Part shown: in pieces, positions 59,503 to 64,000 of the stretch
Numbering within the stretch: the stretch's first letter is position 1
Layout of the letters: each line of letters opens with the position of its first letter
Source of the DNA: Longimicrobiales bacterium
GTDB taxonomy: Bacteria > Gemmatimonadota > Gemmatimonadetes > Longimicrobiales > Gaopeijiaceae
Length of the DNA stretch: 64,000 nucleotides
Direction: 5' to 3'
Assembly: GCA_965219445.1 (NCBI GenBank)
Contig: CBDCNQ010000004.1
Location: forward strand, 576,001 to 640,000
Notes under the pieces: model-generated
Database searches by the model: none
Seen by the model: the letters and a program-made list of their open reading frames with translations, nothing else
Told to the model about the DNA's origin: nothing
Made by a program: the position numbers and the translations under genes

Positions 59503-60823
59503 CCTTTACGATCCACGCACCCGCCCCTGAGCCGCTCTCATCCAGGAGAGCCGCAGTGACGTGACGGGCATCCACCACCACGGCCGACCGCTCGAGAACC
59601 CGGGCGTAATCGATATCCGTGTGGTCCGTCACGATCACTACCGCTTCGGCCTCGGTGAGGGCTTGATCCGTCAGGGGGACCGAAGACAGAGGAGTTCCGT
59701 CCTCGGCCAAATCGGGCACGAAAGGATCGTGGTACGCCACGTCCGCACCATCGGCGGCGAGAAGACCGATGATATCAAGGGCCGGCGATTCTCTGACATC
59801 GTTGACGTCCCGCTTGTACGCCACGCCCAGTACCAGGACGCGCGCTCCGTTCACCGGCTTTTTGCGTGCGTTCAGCGCGGCTCGGACCTTCCCCACCACG
59901 AACTCGGGCATCTCGGCGTTGATCTCAGAGGCCAGCTCAATGAAGCGGGTCCGATAGTTGAGCGTACGCATCTTCCACGCCAGATAGTGGGGATCGACAG
60001 GGATGCAGTGCCCTCCGAGTCCCGGTCCGGGCGTGAACTTCATGAAGCCGAACGGCTTCGTGGCCGCCGCCTCGATGACCTCCCACACATCCACGTCGAG
60101 TCGGTCGGCGATGAGTGCCACCTCGTTTACCAGAGCGATATTCACGGCCCGGAAGGTATTTTCCAGAATCTTGACCATCTCCGCCGCCTCGGTGGACGAA
60201 ACCGGCACCATCGTGTCGATGAAGCGCTCGTAGACGGCCAACCCGGCCTCGGTGCAGCCCGGCGTCACGCCTCCGATGACCTTCGGAGTGTTCCTCGTTT
60301 TCCAGACCTGATTCCCCGGGTCCACACGCTCGGGCGAGAAGCAAAGGAAGAAGTCCTTGCCCACGGCGAGCCCGGTACGCTCCAACGCAGGAAGCAGTAC
60401 CTCTCGTGTCGTCCCCGGATACGTCGTCGACTCCAGAACGACGAGCTGCCCGGGGCGCAGCGCCGCGGCCACCGCCTCCGATGCGGCAATCACGAAGGAG
60501 ACGTCTGGATCCTGCGTTTTCGACAGCGGTGTCGGCACCGAAATCGAGATCGCATCGCATTCGGCGAGTCGGGCCATATCGGTTGTGGCCTCCAGCCGTC
60601 CGGTGGCCAGAACGCCCTCCAACTCTTCCTCCGTGACATCCCCGACGTGGCTGGCTCCAGCGTTGATGCCATCCACGGTCTCGCAGTCGACGTCGAGACC
60701 CACGACCCGAAGACCCGAGCGGGCGATCTGCACCGACAGCGGCAGTCCGACGTAGCCGAGGCCGACCACACCCACGGTGAGGTCGCCCGAGCGGAAGTGG
60801 TCCAGGGAAGTGTTGGGCATCAT
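59489..60823 (-). CDS. UDP-N-acetylhexosamine 6-dehydrogenase (WbpA-like)
   Basis: GLGYVGLP, VPTP, ESTTYPGTT, SPERVDPG, GPGLGGHCIPVDP, YKRDVNDVRESP. Confidence 0.92.
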   Translation of the reverse strand: MMPNTSLDHFRSGDLTVGVVGLGYVGLPLSVQIARSGLRVVGLDVDCETVDGINAGASHVGDVTEEELEGVLATGRLEATTDMARLAECDAISISVPTPLSKTQDPDVSFVIAASEAVAAALRPGQLVVLESTTYPGTTREVLLPALERTGLAVGKDFFLCFSPERVDPGNQVWKTRNTPKVIGGVTPGCTEAGLAVYERFIDTMVPVSSTEAAEMVKILENTFRAVNIALVNEVALIADRLDVDVWEVIEAAATKPFGFMKFTPGPGLGGHCIPVDPHYLAWKMRTLNYRTRFIELASEINAEMPEFVVGKVRAALNARKKPVNGARVLVLGVAYKRDVNDVRESPALDIIGLLAADGADVAYHDPFVPDLAEDGTPLSSVPLTDQALTEAEAVVIVTDHTDIDYARVLERSAVVVDARHVTAALLDESGSGAGAWIVKGGPE

Positions 60824-62745
60824 GCCTCCGTGTCGATGTCGTGCCCGGCGCCCGCCTCTACCGGCGTCGGTCCCACAGAGATCCGCACGGCGAACACATC
60901 CACGGCCCCCTCACACCTCAGGTACTCGCCCACCCGTCGGGTGTCGTCCCCATCCACCCCTCCCCTATCGATCATCACCACCGCGCTTACGCCGCACTTA
61001 CGGACGGCTCTCTCGATTCCGGCGTCGCCCCCGAACACCGGGTACCCCTTGAATCGCCCCCGCCGGCCTCCATAGGCATAATCCACCACCGCGACCGGCC
61101 GAAGCCTCGGCTCCTCCACGCCGCGCAGAGCCCGAAACGCCAGCTCGGCGTCTCCGATCCGGCCGACGAAGGCCGCCGGAGCCCCCTCAGAAGACCATTT
61201 TTCCTTCACGTCGTCCAAGAAGCGAAAGGAAACGCGTCCGACAACGGTCAACGTCGAGCACAGTAGAAAGTCCACGATCAGCACGCCCCGTGACAATCCC
61301 ACCCTGGAAACCAGGAGCAGGACCGACGCCACAAGGAGCGTCCCGAGGACGTTGGCCCGGATCGTTCCCCAGACATCTGCCAGACTGTAGTGACGGAAAC
61401 GAGGGGCATACGCCCCGGCAGCCGCCAGGCCCGTCAGCTTCAGGACGATCACCATGGCGAGAGTCTGTCTGAAATAGGCGAGCTCGGCCGGGAGCTGCTC
61501 CGTATCCCACCGGACCAGATACGCCCCGAAATAGGCGATCGCCACCAAAACGACGTCCATAAGGACGGTGAGCAACGGAAATCGATGATGGAGCCTGAGT
61601 AAAAGATTGAATACGTGTGTGCCCTGCGACTCTCCGCGCCCCCCCTCGTCGCTCCCCGCCGCCTCCGCCTTCTCCGAGCTCTCTAGGTCGCTCATCCTGG
61701 AGGACAACAAATACAGTCCGAGGAGAGTCAGGAGGATCAGCAGCGCACCCCCCACCGCGTATGCGACGGGCCGGCTCGCGGAGCGAATGCCCAGGCCAAT
61801 CAGTCCCCCCCCGGCGGCGAGTCCCCACACGAGCCAAGCGACCCGCTCCTCGGAAATCCCGAGCGCCACGAGCCCGTGTGACGTGTGATCCTTCCCCCCC
61901 TTCGAAATCGGCCGGCCTTCCAGCAGGCGCGTGACGGTCACGAAGGTCGTGTCGAGGATCGGGACCGCGAGGACGATCGCGGGCACGACCACAACGGCAA
62001 AAAGGCTCCGGGACAAACCGGGCGCGGGCGAGAGTGCGAGGCCGGCGAGCACGAGGCCGGTGAAAAGCGACCCGCTGTCCCCCATGAAAATGCGGGCGGG
62101 TGGATAGTTGTGGACCAGGAAACCCACCAGCGCCCCTGCGAAGGCGAAGGCCACACCCGCCAATGCGGCGTCGCCGGCCAGAAGAAAATCAATGCCCATG
62201 AACGAGGCCGCGATGGCGCCCACGCCACCCGCCAGACCGTCCATGTTGTCCAGCAGGTTGAGCGCGTTCGTGATACCGATGAACCAGAAGAGCGACACCG
62301 TGACGTCAACCAAATAGGACCCGGTAAACCAGACGCCGATGCCACTCATGAGCAGCACCGAGGCCGCCGCCAGTTGGCCGACCAGTTTGGTGATGGGTCT
62401 CAACTGGACGAGATCGTCGATGAGGCCGAGCGCGAAGATCAGAACGGCGGCGACGAGCAGCCCGTCTCGATGCGTAAGAGAAACAACCGCGCGGCCCGAA
62501 ACGTCCCCAATGGACAGGTCCCCCGTGGACAGGAGCATCTGCGCCACGAGGGCCACCGCAAAGCCTACGAAAATCGCTATACCGCCGAAGCTGGGCGTCG
62601 GCCTCCAGTGCCAACGCTCCGGCGACGCCACGGATAGGCGGGTCCACCGTAGGGCGACGCTCCTAACGACGGGCGTCAGCGTCACCGAGGTGACCAGGGC
62701 CAGACTCCCAACCAGGAGGAGGAGAATGGGGTCAGGGAGGTTCAA
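60820..62745 (-). CDS. WecA/MraY-family undecaprenyl-phosphate HexNAc-1-P transferase with extra C-terminal TM and Rossmann-like domain
   Basis: PTPSFGG, GLIDD, NALNLLDNMDG, FMGDSGS, DHTSH; about 270 extra C-terminal residues. Confidence 0.88.
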   Translation of the reverse strand: MNLPDPILLLLVGSLALVTSVTLTPVVRSVALRWTRLSVASPERWHWRPTPSFGGIAIFVGFAVALVAQMLLSTGDLSIGDVSGRAVVSLTHRDGLLVAAVLIFALGLIDDLVQLRPITKLVGQLAAASVLLMSGIGVWFTGSYLVDVTVSLFWFIGITNALNLLDNMDGLAGGVGAIAASFMGIDFLLAGDAALAGVAFAFAGALVGFLVHNYPPARIFMGDSGSLFTGLVLAGLALSPAPGLSRSLFAVVVVPAIVLAVPILDTTFVTVTRLLEGRPISKGGKDHTSHGLVALGISEERVAWLVWGLAAGGGLIGLGIRSASRPVAYAVGGALLILLTLLGLYLLSSRMSDLESSEKAEAAGSDEGGRGESQGTHVFNLLLRLHHRFPLLTVLMDVVLVAIAYFGAYLVRWDTEQLPAELAYFRQTLAMVIVLKLTGLAAAGAYAPRFRHYSLADVWGTIRANVLGTLLVASVLLLVSRVGLSRGVLIVDFLLCSTLTVVGRVSFRFLDDVKEKWSSEGAPAAFVGRIGDAELAFRALRGVEEPRLRPVAVVDYAYGGRRGRFKGYPVFGGDAGIERAVRKCGVSAVVMIDRGGVDGDDTRRVGEYLRCEGAVDVFAVRISVGPTPVEAGAGHDIDTEA

Positions 62746-62867
62746 GTCAGGCGCAATCCTTGGACATCCGTGATTTCGACACCCGGGTCACCGACCGACT
62801 CGGGGCGGGGACTCGTGCGGCCATGAAAAAAGCTCACCGCGTGGCGCGGACGTGGCAAGATCCCGGA

Positions 62868-64000
62868 TCAGCGTGCGACACCTTGCAGCCATGTTTCAAG
62901 AGTGAGTAAGGCCCAAAGCTGTTGCGAGAAATCGATCTTGCCCTCCATGTGCTCCTCAGACCGGTCGGTCACGTAGTCCCGGTCCAGCCATTCCCAGAGT
63001 TTGGCGTCTGCAGTGAGCACGCGTTCGTGTAGCACGCCACGCCAGGGGCCACGAAACCATTCCGGAAGTGGCACCGCAAAACCCTGTTTCCCCCGGTCGA
63101 GCACCACGCGAGGAACGACGTCGGAGAACGCCTTCCGTAAGACGTACTTGAGCGTCCCTCTCCGGCGGAGGACCTTGGGTGGCAGACCGGCCGCATACTC
63201 GACCAGGTCCGTGTCGAGAAAGGGCACGCGCAGCTCCAGTCCGTTCGCCATGCTCATTCGGTCCGCCTTGACGAGGAGATCATCGACGAGGTAGGTCCCG
63301 AAGTTCGTGGAGAGAGCGCGTGAGAGAACGTTGCTTCGCTCATTCATCGCCTTACGGATGCTTACTGTGAGGTCGGGCAACGGCCCAGCGTCGGGTTTCA
63401 TGACCCGCCCCAGATCCGCTACGAAGAAGCCCACCCAATGGAGCCACCGTTCCTCTTCGGAAAGGCTCGCGGCCTCGAAGAAACGCCGCATTCGCCGTCT
63501 CAAGCCACGGTGGTGAGGATCGTGGGGTAGGGATGACAGAATCTTCCGTCCCACCACGGCGGCCCATCCGGGCACCCTCGAAGCCATTTCCATGGCGCGA
63601 AACCGCAGGTAGCCGCAAAAGAGCTCGTCCGAGCCCTCACCCGACAGCGCCACGGTCACATTCTCCTTGGCGAGTTGGGTCACGGCGTAGGTGGGCAGCG
63701 CGGATGAATCCCCGAAGGGTCCATCGTGTGCATCCACCAGCGTGTCGAGCTGCTCGATGCAGTCCGGACCGACGTGGACCTCACTATGGACCGTCCCGAG
63801 TCGCTGGGAGACCAGCCTCGCGAACGCAGCTTCGTCGTATGTAGGGGATCCTTCGAAGCTGGCTGTGAACGTCTGCAATGGCCCTTCGGTGAGGGAGGCA
63901 GTAACGGCGGTAATGATCGTCGAGTCCAGACCGCCCGAGAGCAGGACGCCCAAAGGCACGTCGGCGACCAGACGTCGCTCCACCGATTGGCGAACCAGTC
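62868..64000 (-). CDS. asnB: asparagine synthase-like amidotransferase (5' part outside window)
   Basis: ADVPLGVLLSGGLDS, SGEGSDELF.GY, KADRMSMANGLELRVPFLD. Confidence 0.92.
   Translation of the reverse strand, partial: LVRQSVERRLVADVPLGVLLSGGLDSTIITAVTASLTEGPLQTFTASFEGSPTYDEAAFARLVSQRLGTVHSEVHVGPDCIEQLDTLVDAHDGPFGDSSALPTYAVTQLAKENVTVALSGEGSDELFCGYLRFRAMEMASRVPGWAAVVGRKILSSLPHDPHHRGLRRRMRRFFEAASLSEEERWLHWVGFFVADLGRVMKPDAGPLPDLTVSIRKAMNERSNVLSRALSTNFGTYLVDDLLVKADRMSMANGLELRVPFLDTDLVEYAAGLPPKVLRRRGTLKYVLRKAFSDVVPRVVLDRGKQGFAVPLPEWFRGPWRGVLHERVLTADAKLWEWLDRDYVTDRSEEHMEGKIDFSQQLWALLTLETWLQGVAR

Noticed and set aside
59561..61075. 504-aa plus-strand ORF, and similar long antisense ORFs (36893-38083, 44368-45486, 5068-6144, 8140-9099)
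   Set aside because: Antisense shadows of well-supported genes, expected from high-GC codon bias; no recognisable motifs.
1..64000. tRNA, rRNA, tmRNA, CRISPR, prophage or transposase genes
   Set aside because: None recognised by eye; a covariance-model scan would be needed to exclude small RNAs.

Overview
High-GC bacterial chromosome segment, mostly minus-strand operons. Gene order and protein types suggest Gemmatimonadota (inference, not database-checked). Positions 1-42 kb are core genes: comB-accC-accB-efp-aroQ, a SurA/PpiD-type chaperone, tatA/tatC, polyprenyl synthase, ftcD, an LptD-like protein, nrdR, a complete tol-pal cluster, hemA-ccsA, rimI-tsaB-tsaE, uvrB, rel, radC, secA, nadD, bamD and several TPR proteins. 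Positions 42-64 kb are a surface-polysaccharide region (ugd, UDP-xylose synthase, epimerases, SLBB export genes, Wzz-like protein, rfbBAD, GT4, WecA-like fusion, AsnB-type amidotransferase) that includes PAPS-making (sat-cysC) and probable PAP-recycling (cysQ-like) genes. Its middle is partly decayed, with three frameshifts and one truncation. No rRNA, tRNA, CRISPR array or transposase was recognised. The most notable unexplained signals are: (i) a 303-bp two-module structured MITE family (one full copy, one edge-truncated copy, two remnants); (ii) a second two-module palindromic element with compensatory stems downstream of secA; (iii) a 100-bp tandem, apparently structured repeat upstream of the Wzz-like gene; (iv) recurring micro-duplications and coupled mini-ORFs at gene junctions; (v) a secreted protein carrying a 75%-identical copy of the Pal OmpA domain; (vi) a rimI break exactly on an in-phase G_GGU_UUC slippery heptamer.
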